Positions 9,793 to 18,640 of a DNA stretch of 49,952 bases are shown piece by piece; the first letter of the stretch is position 1; each line of letters opens with the position of its first letter. The notes beneath the pieces are model-generated. The model saw nothing but the letters and a program-made list of their open reading frames with translations, ran no database searches and was not told where the DNA came from. Both the position numbers and the translations under genes were made by a program. The stretch is from Methanobrevibacter sp. (lineage in GTDB: Archaea; Methanobacteriota; Methanobacteria; Methanobacteriales; Methanobacteriaceae): positions 1 to 49,952 of the forward strand of contig JAZUAV010000040.1 of the NCBI GenBank assembly GCA_045638165.1, given 5' to 3'.

Positions 9793-10536
9793 ATGATAAA
9801 AAAATTCGAAATAAAATCACATGATGGCCCTGGAAGAATCGGCAAAATTGACGGAGAACAAACCCCAAAAATATTTTTCAAAAATGATTTGAAAATTGCA
9901 CCAAACGAAGGATCTGCCTACAATATTGACCGCGAAATTGCAGAGTTTAATGTAAAAGAAACATTAAGACTAGCAAAAGAACATGTCAATAATGCAGATA
10001 TTGCAGTTATTCAAGGTTCCAAATACGTTGATTTGAGAATTGAATGCCTAAAACAGTTAGAAGAAATTGGCTACAACGGTTTTATAATAGCCAACGGCGA
10101 TGCCCTCCTAACAAATCCTAAAGAACTAGTTGAAGTAATTGTTTCACTTAAAAAGGAAGCTAATAAAACCAGTTACTTTATTTTTCCATTTACTGAACTC
10201 TCATTTATGCCCATATTAACCTATATGGGAATAGACGGATTTTTAGCGGATTCGGCGAATTATTACAGTCATTTGAATGTCCTGCAAACCCAAACAAAAG
10301 CCTATGATTTGAATATCTATCCGATTTATGAAGATATCTCTCAAAAAGAACTGGAGCAAAAAAACATTGAAAATATGGAGTTCGTCATAAAGGAAATCCA
10401 TGCACACATGAAAAATAATTCATTAAGGAACTTGGTAGAAGAGAGATCAGGAACAACACCCCAAAATATCTCAACATTAAAAATTCTTGACAAAACACAG
10501 ATGGATTACCTTCTCGAATACACACACTTATTTTAG
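9793..10536 (+). CDS. tRNA-guanine transglycosylase-like protein (archaeosine pathway, N-terminal TGT-fold part only)
   Basis: FEIKSHDGPGRIG start; LTYMGIDGF; NSLRNLVEER; no PUA domain. Confidence 0.65.
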   Translation: MIKKFEIKSHDGPGRIGKIDGEQTPKIFFKNDLKIAPNEGSAYNIDREIAEFNVKETLRLAKEHVNNADIAVIQGSKYVDLRIECLKQLEEIGYNGFIIANGDALLTNPKELVEVIVSLKKEANKTSYFIFPFTELSFMPILTYMGIDGFLADSANYYSHLNVLQTQTKAYDLNIYPIYEDISQKELEQKNIENMEFVIKEIHAHMKNNSLRNLVEERSGTTPQNISTLKILDKTQMDYLLEYTHLF

Positions 10537-10950
10537 AATCCTGAATGATTCAATTATATTTTTGAATTCACGTTCTGATTCCCCAGAAATATCTAAAGTC
10601 CTCAATTCAAAAATATAAATATCTCCTTTTTCGATGAAGACATATGTATGAATGTCAAAATTAATTTCCGGAGTGTCCATATTTGCATGCAGCTTGATTG
10701 CATCCATATCGGCAATTTCGACAAAATCGGAAGATATGATTACCCCACCATCATCTGAAATGGCATCCTCCATAAAAATTTTATAATCATCCAAGTTTGT
10801 AGCTGTTGGAAACATTACAGCATTAATTAGATTATCCTGACCTTTTGATAGAGTGGCAATGCAGTCAGGATTAGCCAAAATATCCGCTTTTTCAACTTCC
10901 CAACCATTGGGATATTCAAAAGTTATTTTACCCGTATTGAATGTCCTCAT
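10528..10950 (-). CDS. PsbP/Mog1-like protein
   Basis: ITFEYPNGW start and FKNIIESFRI end typical of the PsbP-like fold; no signal peptide. Confidence 0.6.
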   Translation of the reverse strand: MRTFNTGKITFEYPNGWEVEKADILANPDCIATLSKGQDNLINAVMFPTATNLDDYKIFMEDAISDDGGVIISSDFVEIADMDAIKLHANMDTPEINFDIHTYVFIEKGDIYIFELRTLDISGESEREFKNIIESFRILK

Positions 10951-10953
10951 AGA

Positions 10954-11868
10954 CTATTCCTCATTTTTTGACGAAACATCAATAGTTTCAGGAGCTTCAT
11001 CTATAGTGTCAATATATTTGGAAAATGGTTCTGGAAGTTTTGGCATTACTTCTTTTAAGATTTCAGCCGCATCAAGTTCCAAAGCCTGTCCTGAAAGCAA
11101 CTGTTCAACATCAAAGTCAAATTCAAATGGTTTAAGCAAATCATCAGTAGGCACTCTTAAATTAATCTTATTCTTATTGAGTATCATTTTAAGAGTACTT
11201 GTGTTTCTAATTTGCTCATTCATATCTTCAACAGTTGTTTTTATATCATATGCTATGGCTTTATTCTTCTCGTTTACATCATGTTTGGACTTTTCAATTG
11301 ATCTTTCCAAGTCTTTAACAAGCAAAGCATTTCTTCTGTTGATATTATCACGGGCTTCATCAATTACAACATTAATGGCATTTAGAATGGATTTGTTGAG
11401 CTCAACATTGTATGCCAATATCATTTTATTCTTATAATCAAGCTCTTTAAAAATAGCAACCCTCTCATCATCAATCCGGGTTATTTTTTTATTTAACTCA
11501 TGAATTTCATCTTTAGCCTTAAGAAGCTCTTCCTTATCAGTCAACTGCTCTTTCAGTGAATCAACATCATCAAAAAATGAACCCTTAAGAGTTTGAATTT
11601 GATCCTGCAAGTCAGCTATTTCATCATCTTTTTCCTGGATAGTTTGGTTGAATTCATTGATTTTCTCATCAGAGAACTGATTGTTAACCAGATTTTCATA
11701 TTCTCCTTGTGAGAGAACTTTCACCAACTCATTGTCTTCAAACGGGTCTTCCTTTTTAAGACTGACCTGCTTTTGTTGAGACTCTTTTTCTACAGCATTT
11801 CCATCTTTATCTTTACTAGTATACTTTTTGGTATAAACTCTAACAGTACGAAATTCATCACTTTCCAT
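10954..11868 (-). CDS. Hypothetical protein with a long coiled coil
   Basis: Heptad-rich E/K/N central region; likely start ATG 11868 after GGTG (track ORF starts at GTG 11880). Confidence 0.7.
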   Translation of the reverse strand: MESDEFRTVRVYTKKYTSKDKDGNAVEKESQQKQVSLKKEDPFEDNELVKVLSQGEYENLVNNQFSDEKINEFNQTIQEKDDEIADLQDQIQTLKGSFFDDVDSLKEQLTDKEELLKAKDEIHELNKKITRIDDERVAIFKELDYKNKMILAYNVELNKSILNAINVVIDEARDNINRRNALLVKDLERSIEKSKHDVNEKNKAIAYDIKTTVEDMNEQIRNTSTLKMILNKNKINLRVPTDDLLKPFEFDFDVEQLLSGQALELDAAEILKEVMPKLPEPFSKYIDTIDEAPETIDVSSKNEE

Positions 11869-11970
11869 TACTAACACCACTCTATATTAATAGATAAGAT
11901 TAGTTTAATTTAAATACTTAATTATTATCGACTGTAAAAAAAAAGAAAAAAAGAAAAAAAATAATTTGAA

Positions 11971-12126
11971 TTATTTATCTTCGTTTTCAATCCACAACAA
12001 CATCGCCTCTTCAATTGCTTTGGAATACCAACCTGTCTTGAACAACATCTTAGAGGAGGCCAATCTGCGAAAATTCAAGTCAATGTCATTATTGATGCTG
12101 ATTGTAACACGCTTGTTTTTAGACAT
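11971..12126 (-). CDS. Small ribbon-helix-helix DNA-binding protein (51 aa, not in the ORF track)
   Basis: Manual translation MSKNKRVTISINNDIDLNFRRLASSKMLFKTGWYSKAIEEAMLLWIENEDK; alternating RVTISI strand then two helices (SKAIEEA..W); TATA-like element about 23 nt upstream. Confidence 0.75.
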   Translation of the reverse strand: MSKNKRVTISINNDIDLNFRRLASSKMLFKTGWYSKAIEEAMLLWIENEDK

Positions 12127-12140
12127 ACAAATAGATAGTA

Positions 12141-12168
12141 CACACTAGTTAATAAATATGTTAGTGTG
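12141..12168. promoter_or_regulatory. Inverted repeat CACACTA-N14-TAGTGTG bracketing the TATA box of the RHH gene
   Basis: Arms at 12141-12147 and 12162-12168; TTTATTAA on the minus strand at 12149-12156. Confidence 0.55.
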
Positions 12169-12583
12169 CTTTAAGGTCATTTTGAGACGTGAAAGTGAAT
12201 ATTGAAGTTTTATTAAAAAAATAGGAAATGAAAATCAACTTTAATGACACAAACTTTTATTTAATAGCTCTTGAGGATAAGCGGATGTGGCGATTGACTT
12301 GATTTTCAACAAAGCAACTAACTGGTTCTTATTGCAACAAAACATTCATTTAAACTAAAGCTTCAAACATAGAATTGATAAATTCTACTTTAGCTTCTTC
12401 TTTAAAAAGATTGGAAGTATAGAATCATTTATTGTTTGAATTTTATCTTATTATGACATTTTATTTATAGCGAATTTTTTCTAGGCCAATAAGAGAATTT
12501 TTTAATTTGATAACCTGGCAATTAAATGACAATTGGCTTTAATATGTGTTTTATAACTTCCGTTCACACATTTACCCCATGAA

Positions 12584-13051
12584 TTATCTAAATAAAGGAA
12601 GATTTCTACTGGAAACCTTTTCTTTTAAATTATTCAAATCAGATGAAATTATTGACACCTTTTTGCCATCGGCATAAGTAGTGTAAACCCAACTGCCACT
12701 CACGCATTCGAGTTCATAATCATTATCCTCAATGACATCAGCATTTTCTTCACAATAATCCCGATTATTTATCCTTTTAATTCCAGAATATAATATTTTA
12801 AAATTAGGATTTCCTTTTTGACCTTCAATAAACCATTTAATAGCCAAACTAGGATTTATTCCACTGCTAAATGCAGATAAAGTAATCGATTTGTTAATTT
12901 TATATTCATTTAAAATGAGCAACATCTTTTCTTCAAGGCGCTTATATGAATAACTGCCATACTTCAACTGATCATGCAACAATAGAGATTTCAACCTATT
13001 ATTTCTTTTTTCTAAAATGACCAAACGTTCATGGACAGATATTTTATTCAC
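12584..13051 (-). CDS. Hypothetical protein, possible DNA-binding domains
   Basis: GTG start after an AGGAAGGG RBS; HTH-like segment (AFSSGINPSLAIKWFIEG); C-terminal WVY...KKVSIISSDL..LKEKV..L motif. Confidence 0.55.
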   Translation of the reverse strand: MNKISVHERLVILEKRNNRLKSLLLHDQLKYGSYSYKRLEEKMLLILNEYKINKSITLSAFSSGINPSLAIKWFIEGQKGNPNFKILYSGIKRINNRDYCEENADVIEDNDYELECVSGSWVYTTYADGKKVSIISSDLNNLKEKVSSRNLPLFR

Positions 13052-13436
13052 CCCTTCCTACATATTAGTTATATTACTTTAACTTATTAAATACTTTTGA
13101 TTTAAAAAGATAAAATGATAATAATAACCAGCCTATGCAATGCCCCACTAATCCATGCTTAAACAACAAACCATGGCATCGTACAAAAATTATCGAAAAA
13201 ATTAAAACAAAAACATTAAAAATAATTTTTTATTACTTTAAAAGAGTTAATGAAAAAATATTACTGAACAAACATATAAAAATATTGTTAAAAAGGTGTA
13301 AAATAAAATAAAAACATTTATATAATATAAAAATATAACTAATAATCGATGTGAAGTAATTTTCATGTCTAATGTGAACATCAGTCAACCATTTTATAAT
13401 CTCCAAATGTTTAGAATATGTTGCATTAAAAAATCC

Positions 13437-13463
13437 GGAAGTAGAAAAAAACACTACTACTTC
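13437..13463 (-). terminator. Hairpin plus T-tract downstream of dph5
   Basis: GGAAGTAG...CTACTTCC 8-bp stem followed on the minus strand by GGATTTTTT. Confidence 0.45.
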
Positions 13464-13478
13464 CACTCCCCCCTTTAA

Positions 13479-14270
13479 CTAATTTTCATTCAATATTTCC
13501 GGATTAGCTCCAGCTATCTCCACCAAATACTCCGCTTCAACAACATGAAGTTTGGAAGGGATTATGATACAATGGAGAGGTCCTCCGAAATCATAATCAA
13601 TCAGTTCTTTAATTTGGCCTGCCTTTACAACAACATCACTGGATCCAACACGTGCAATTCCCATGGCCAAAGTGTCTTCGCTTATCAATCCTTCACGGCC
13701 CAGGTCATTCTTGATGCTCATCAAATATTCCAAACCCTGATTTACAGTCATATATCTGTCCTTATGGGCCTGAATGTCGAGTAAAACTAAAGTATGCAAA
13801 TCCATTTTTAAATTTTCTTCAATAGCTTCATAAGGGGATTTCGGATAAAAATTATAATCCGGAAATGGAATGGTTGTCACTTTGCCGAATTTATATCCCT
13901 GAAGGCCGGAAATGGCAGGTGCTGAAGATAAAATTGAAGATCCATGAATTATTTCATAATCTATTCCTTTTTTGGAACATTGAACAATGAAGTCACTATG
14001 TGTCGTTGCAATTAATGGGTCTCCACCGGTAATTAATGCAACATCCAAACTTTTAGCTTCTTCAATAAACTTAGATTCCTCTTCAACTTCGTTTCTAACG
14101 AGTATTTCAATCTCCTTTCCAATCAACTGTTCAATAGCTTCAAAACTTGAACCAAATAATCTTGATGTAAAAAATTCGGCATAAATCTTATCAACATTTT
14201 TTAAACATTCCAATCCTTTCAATGAAATGTCCTTTTCATCAAATAATCCTAAACCCACTAAATAAAACAT
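13479..14270 (-). CDS. dph5: Diphthine synthase
   Basis: YLVGLGL..EKDIS.KG, GDPLIATTH, GLQGYKFGKVTTIP, LHTLVLLDI and FGGPLHCII motifs. Confidence 0.95.
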   Translation of the reverse strand: MFYLVGLGLFDEKDISLKGLECLKNVDKIYAEFFTSRLFGSSFEAIEQLIGKEIEILVRNEVEEESKFIEEAKSLDVALITGGDPLIATTHSDFIVQCSKKGIDYEIIHGSSILSSAPAISGLQGYKFGKVTTIPFPDYNFYPKSPYEAIEENLKMDLHTLVLLDIQAHKDRYMTVNQGLEYLMSIKNDLGREGLISEDTLAMGIARVGSSDVVVKAGQIKELIDYDFGGPLHCIIIPSKLHVVEAEYLVEIAGANPEILNEN

Positions 14271-14305
14271 ATATATTATATAATAATTTAAACATAAAAA
14301 ACTTT

Positions 14306-15310
14306 ATGAAATGTGTAAAAGTTCCATTAAACCAATTAAATGATACTCGTATAAAATTAATGGATATTGGTGAAATGAATATGGAATATAAAATAAAGGC
14401 CGAGGATGAATTCGGTTATATTCCAATAAATAATGACATTAATGGTTATGAGATTGTTGACATAGAATTAGACGCAATCAAACAATACCCCAAAAACTTT
14501 GCCGAATTGTTAAAAGATGAATTAACTGAAGATGAAATCGAAACTCTCAGGACATCATTCGACACAATCGGCGAAATTGTCATTTTAGAAATTCCCGATG
14601 ATTTGGAAGATAAAAAACAGATAATCGGGGATGCCGCACTTGAATTCACTAAAAGAAGATCAATATACATGAAAAAAAGTGCAATTAAAGGAACAACACG
14701 AGTACGCGATTTGGAATTCTTATCCGGCATTGACGATTCTGTCACCATCCACAAAGAGCATGGTGCCAGACTGAAACTTGACGTTCGTGAAATGTATTTC
14801 TCACCTCGCCTTGCAACTGAACGAAAACGTGTTATGGAAAGCGTTAGGGATGGTGAAAAAATACTTGACATGTTCTGCGGTATTGGACCATTTCCGATTG
14901 TAATCGCCCGAAATAAAAATGTGGACATAACTGCCGTTGACATCAATGAATCAGCAATCAGATACCTAAATGAGAATATAAAATTAAATAAACTCAAAGG
15001 CACCATCAAAACATATGCAGGAGATATTACTGAAGTCAGCACAAGTTTTAAGACAAAATTTGATAGGATTATTATGAACTTGCCGGGTCTTGCATATACT
15101 TTCCTTGACCTTGCAGTTGATTTAATTGAAGAGGATGGAACAATCAATTATTATGAATTCTCTGATTCATATGAACAGGGGATTGAACGATTGAGAAAAG
15201 CATGTTCGAAAAAAAACAAAGAAGTGGAAATTATCAATACCCGCAAAGTAAAATCAACTTCACCTGGCGAATGGCATGTAGCCATTGATGGCAGAGTTAC
15301 AAGCAAATAA
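14306..15310 (+). CDS. trm5: tRNA (guanine-37-N1) methyltransferase, Trm5 family
   Basis: SFDTIGEI, YFSPRLATER, DMFCGIGPF and DRIIMNLP motifs; real start probably ATG 14306 because the track ORF overlaps dph5. Confidence 0.88.
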   Translation: MKCVKVPLNQLNDTRIKLMDIGEMNMEYKIKAEDEFGYIPINNDINGYEIVDIELDAIKQYPKNFAELLKDELTEDEIETLRTSFDTIGEIVILEIPDDLEDKKQIIGDAALEFTKRRSIYMKKSAIKGTTRVRDLEFLSGIDDSVTIHKEHGARLKLDVREMYFSPRLATERKRVMESVRDGEKILDMFCGIGPFPIVIARNKNVDITAVDINESAIRYLNENIKLNKLKGTIKTYAGDITEVSTSFKTKFDRIIMNLPGLAYTFLDLAVDLIEEDGTINYYEFSDSYEQGIERLRKACSKKNKEVEIINTRKVKSTSPGEWHVAIDGRVTSK

Positions 15311-15321
15311 AGAATTAATGA

Positions 15322-16251
15322 TTAAATAGGGTCAATAATTCCTTTTTCTGTGATAATTCCTGTAATAAACTCTTTTGGAGTTATGTCAAAAGCAGGGTTT
15401 ATGACTTCTGTTCCTTCAGGACAGATTCTGGCTCCACCATAATATCTTACCTCATCACCGTCCCTCTCTTCAATAACAGTGTCAAATATAGATATCTCAT
15501 TGTCAAAAGTAGAATATGGAGCAGCTACATAAAATGGAATATCATGATGCTTTGCAGCCAGTGCAACCATAAATGAACCCACCTTATTTACAACACCACC
15601 TTTAGCGATTCTATCTGCACCGATTACCACCTTGTCGATTTTACCTTGTGACATTAAAAATCCGGAAGCGACATCAGGAATCAATTTGACAGGAATATTT
15701 TCCTGTTGCATTTCCCATACACTCAAGCTAGCGCCCTGTCCACGTGGACGGGTTTCATCACAGATTACATTGATATTTTTACCTTGTTCATGTGCTGCCC
15801 TAATAACACCTAAAGCGGTTCCATAATCAACACATGCGAGAGCTCCTGCATTACAATGGGTTAAAATTGTATCTCCCTCATCAATTACTTCAGCACCAAA
15901 TTTGCCGATGGCTCTATTTGTTGCCATGTCCTCTTCATACATTTTTAAAGCTTCTTCAAGAGGGTCATCACTATCTAACACCCTATCAACAGCCCAAAAT
16001 AAATTAACTGCTGTTGGTCTTGCAGCTTTAATTTCTTCTGCTGCCTTATCCAAGTCAACACCCTCAATATCCGCAAGAGCCATTCCAAATGCTGCTGAAA
16101 CTCCAATTGCCGGAGCTCCACGGACAATCATATCACGGATAGCTACAATCACATCCCGATAATTAGCACAATAGACATAAGACAATTCATCAGGAAGCTT
16201 TGTCTGGTCAATAAGTTTTAATTTATTCTCTTCCCATTCAAGTGTTTTCAT
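15322..16251 (-). CDS. mtnA: Methylthioribose-1-phosphate isomerase (eIF-2B alpha/beta/delta family)
   Basis: VRGAPAIG, RPTAVNLFWA, THCNAGALA, DETRP, GADRI, NKVG and NPAFDITP motifs. Confidence 0.9.
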   Translation of the reverse strand: MKTLEWEENKLKLIDQTKLPDELSYVYCANYRDVIVAIRDMIVRGAPAIGVSAAFGMALADIEGVDLDKAAEEIKAARPTAVNLFWAVDRVLDSDDPLEEALKMYEEDMATNRAIGKFGAEVIDEGDTILTHCNAGALACVDYGTALGVIRAAHEQGKNINVICDETRPRGQGASLSVWEMQQENIPVKLIPDVASGFLMSQGKIDKVVIGADRIAKGGVVNKVGSFMVALAAKHHDIPFYVAAPYSTFDNEISIFDTVIEERDGDEVRYYGGARICPEGTEVINPAFDITPKEFITGIITEKGIIDPI

Positions 16252-16284
16252 AATAACACCTTAAAATTAAAAAAATATTATAAA

Positions 16285-16410
16285 AAAAGTTGAAAAGCAT
16301 AATTAATTGTTAGTTTCTAAGTCCAATTTAATAGACAATTGTTTAATTATGCTCTCCGCCTAATAATATCCAAAACGGATTGATTAGAGATGTATTAAAA
16401 ATACATCTAC
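16285..16410 (-). ncRNA. Candidate structured RNA or leader between ppaC and mtnA
   Basis: Three consecutive stem-loops including a 15-bp stem with G-U pairs; TATA box at 16432-16439 upstream; T7 tract downstream. Confidence 0.45.
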
Positions 16411-16491
16411 TAATATTTTATAAAATTATCATTTATAAATCTTACTTAAAATTAGTAAGAAAACCGCATCATTTAGTAATACCAAAAATAA

Positions 16492-17412
16492 TTATGCATT
16501 TTCAGTCATAATAGGCACTACTTGTTTTTTACGTGATACAACACCCTCAAGTAACACTGTGTTATCCTCTAATTTAACACCATATGCTTTTTCAACTAGA
16601 CTTGCATTTTTACCAAGTGCAATTACCTGAGAGTTGCTGTTTACGATATCGGTAATCAAAAGCATGAACAAATCCAAGTCTTCCTCTTCAATTATTTTAT
16701 TCATGCCTGCTTCCAGGTCATCCTTCATAGCCATGACATCACTGATATCCGCAGTGTTGACTTGGTTTACAATTGACTTTACATCCTTAAAGTTAATCTG
16801 TTTTGCATCTAAAGATAATATTTCATCAATTGAAAAACTGCTTAAATCAGTTCCTGCCTTAAGCATTTCCAAACCATATTCTTCGGCATCGATTTCAGCA
16901 ATTCCTGCAAGTTTTTCTACGGCTTTTTTATCATCTTCAGTAGTTGTCGGTGACTTTAAGAGCAATGTGTCTGAAATGATTGCAGATACCATTAAAGTTG
17001 CAATCTCTTTTGAAATTTCCACACAATTTTCTTCATATAGCTTGCATAATATTGTTTCAGTACATCCAACAGGTTCAAATCTTAAAAATAATGGATATGA
17101 AGTTTCTAAAGCTAATTTATGGTGATCAACAACTTTTAGGATATTAGCATTTTCCAAATTATCAACAGATTCTGCAGGTGAGTTGTGGTCTACCAAAATA
17201 ACATTGGCTCCATCTTCAACACTTTCCAAAAGTTCTGGAGCTTCAATGCCCAAATAGTTTAATATAAATTCAGTTTCTTTGTTAATGTTTCCTAATCTGT
17301 AAGCTTTAGCTTCACTGTTACCTAATTCATTTTCCAAGTTAGTCATTACTAAACTTGATGTAATTGAGTCACTATCTGGACTTTTATGTCCAAAAACATA
17401 AGTTTCAACCAT
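16492..17412 (-). CDS. ppaC: Manganese-dependent (family II) inorganic pyrophosphatase
   Basis: GHKSPDSD, VDHN, VDHH, EPVGCT, SDTL..KSPTTT and SRKKQ motifs. Confidence 0.95.
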   Translation of the reverse strand: MVETYVFGHKSPDSDSITSSLVMTNLENELGNSEAKAYRLGNINKETEFILNYLGIEAPELLESVEDGANVILVDHNSPAESVDNLENANILKVVDHHKLALETSYPLFLRFEPVGCTETILCKLYEENCVEISKEIATLMVSAIISDTLLLKSPTTTEDDKKAVEKLAGIAEIDAEEYGLEMLKAGTDLSSFSIDEILSLDAKQINFKDVKSIVNQVNTADISDVMAMKDDLEAGMNKIIEEEDLDLFMLLITDIVNSNSQVIALGKNASLVEKAYGVKLEDNTVLLEGVVSRKKQVVPIMTENA

Positions 17413-17596
17413 ATTATCCTTTTCCTTAAAAATTAATACTACCTATTTAATTATCTTTTTCATCTATATTTAATATTACTATGATTTGAAAAAATATCGC
17501 TTTAAATCAATACTCCAAACAGAATTTTTTTCAAAATGTTTATCTTTAATTAAAAACCAATTATTAAATATAGAAAATATTTTCGGAGCATCATAA

Positions 17597-18640
17597 ATGG
17601 GCAAAACTAGAGTTGAATGGATTGATCTTGTACGTGCAATAGCTATCTTAACTGTTTTATACATTCATGCAACCGACGGGATTTTTATCATCTCATCTGA
17701 TGCAATACTGAATTATACCATATATTCAAGAATATTTAATTTTGCATCATTATTTATTGGCCGCATTGGTGTTCCATTCTTTTTAATGATTACAGGTTAT
17801 CTTTTATTGGATAGAAGCTATGATGATGAGCGTGTCAGTAAGTTTTGGAGAAATAATTGTAAAGGATTGATAATTGTTACAGTAATCTGGGCTGTGATTT
17901 ATGCAATCAGTTTGCAATTCATTACTGTTAACAGTGTTCAAGTTAATTTTAGTGAAGCTGGAAACCTGTTCTTCAGCCATATGTGGTATATGCCAATGAT
18001 TATCGGAATGTACCTTTCAATGCCTTTTGTTGCAAGTGCCCTAAAACACTTTGACTCAAAAACCATCTGGCAGGCTACAGTAGTGTTTTCACTTTTAGCA
18101 TTCCTTCTGCCGTTCATCACATTAGTGTTAGATATGCATGGCATTCAAAATGTAAATATTCAATATTGTCTCGGATTTAGTGGTGGAATCTATGGAATTT
18201 ACATAATTCTAGGATATTTAGTTAAAAAAGGACAATTTAAAAACATTTCAAGTGCTGCATTAGGATTAATCTCAATCGTGTCCTTTGCAATATGTGTCGT
18301 ATTCCAATATTATGCATTCATAAAAGGATATAATTTCGATTTATGGTATGAATTCCCATTTATCCTAACTGGATCATTTGGATTATTTGAATTATGCTCT
18401 AGAATGGGCGAAGTTAGAGCTTATCCTCTTGTTACATTCTTATCCAAATATTCCTTTGCCGTATTTTTAGTTCATAACTTGTTTAGATTGCCATTGCTTC
18501 CATTAGTTGTGCAGTTGCCTTACTCAGAACCTGTAAAAGCTATAATTCTTTGGATATTATTAATAATCTTCAGTTATATTGCAGTCGTGATTATCTATAG
18601 AATCCCTAGATTCGGAAAATACATATTATACATGAGATAA
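17597..18640 (+). CDS. Acyltransferase family 3 integral membrane O-acyltransferase
   Basis: RVEWIDLVRAIAIL..LYIH, VPFFLMITGYLL, HMWY and SFAVFLVH motifs; about 10 TM helices. Confidence 0.88.
   Translation: MGKTRVEWIDLVRAIAILTVLYIHATDGIFIISSDAILNYTIYSRIFNFASLFIGRIGVPFFLMITGYLLLDRSYDDERVSKFWRNNCKGLIIVTVIWAVIYAISLQFITVNSVQVNFSEAGNLFFSHMWYMPMIIGMYLSMPFVASALKHFDSKTIWQATVVFSLLAFLLPFITLVLDMHGIQNVNIQYCLGFSGGIYGIYIILGYLVKKGQFKNISSAALGLISIVSFAICVVFQYYAFIKGYNFDLWYEFPFILTGSFGLFELCSRMGEVRAYPLVTFLSKYSFAVFLVHNLFRLPLLPLVVQLPYSEPVKAIILWILLIIFSYIAVVIIYRIPRFGKYILYMR

Noticed and set aside
11966..12148. 60-aa plus-strand ORF in the track
   Set aside because: TTG start and no motif; the opposite strand encodes a convincing RHH protein.
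13233..13466. 77-aa minus-strand ORF
   Set aside because: Mostly F/I/L from AT-rich intergenic sequence and runs through a terminator-like hairpin, although a GGGGA precedes the GTG.
14446..15147. 233-aa minus-strand ORF and similar long antisense ORFs (10853-11437, 16634-17125, 19749-20141, 31383-31781)
   Set aside because: All lie opposite well-supported genes and lack recognisable motifs.
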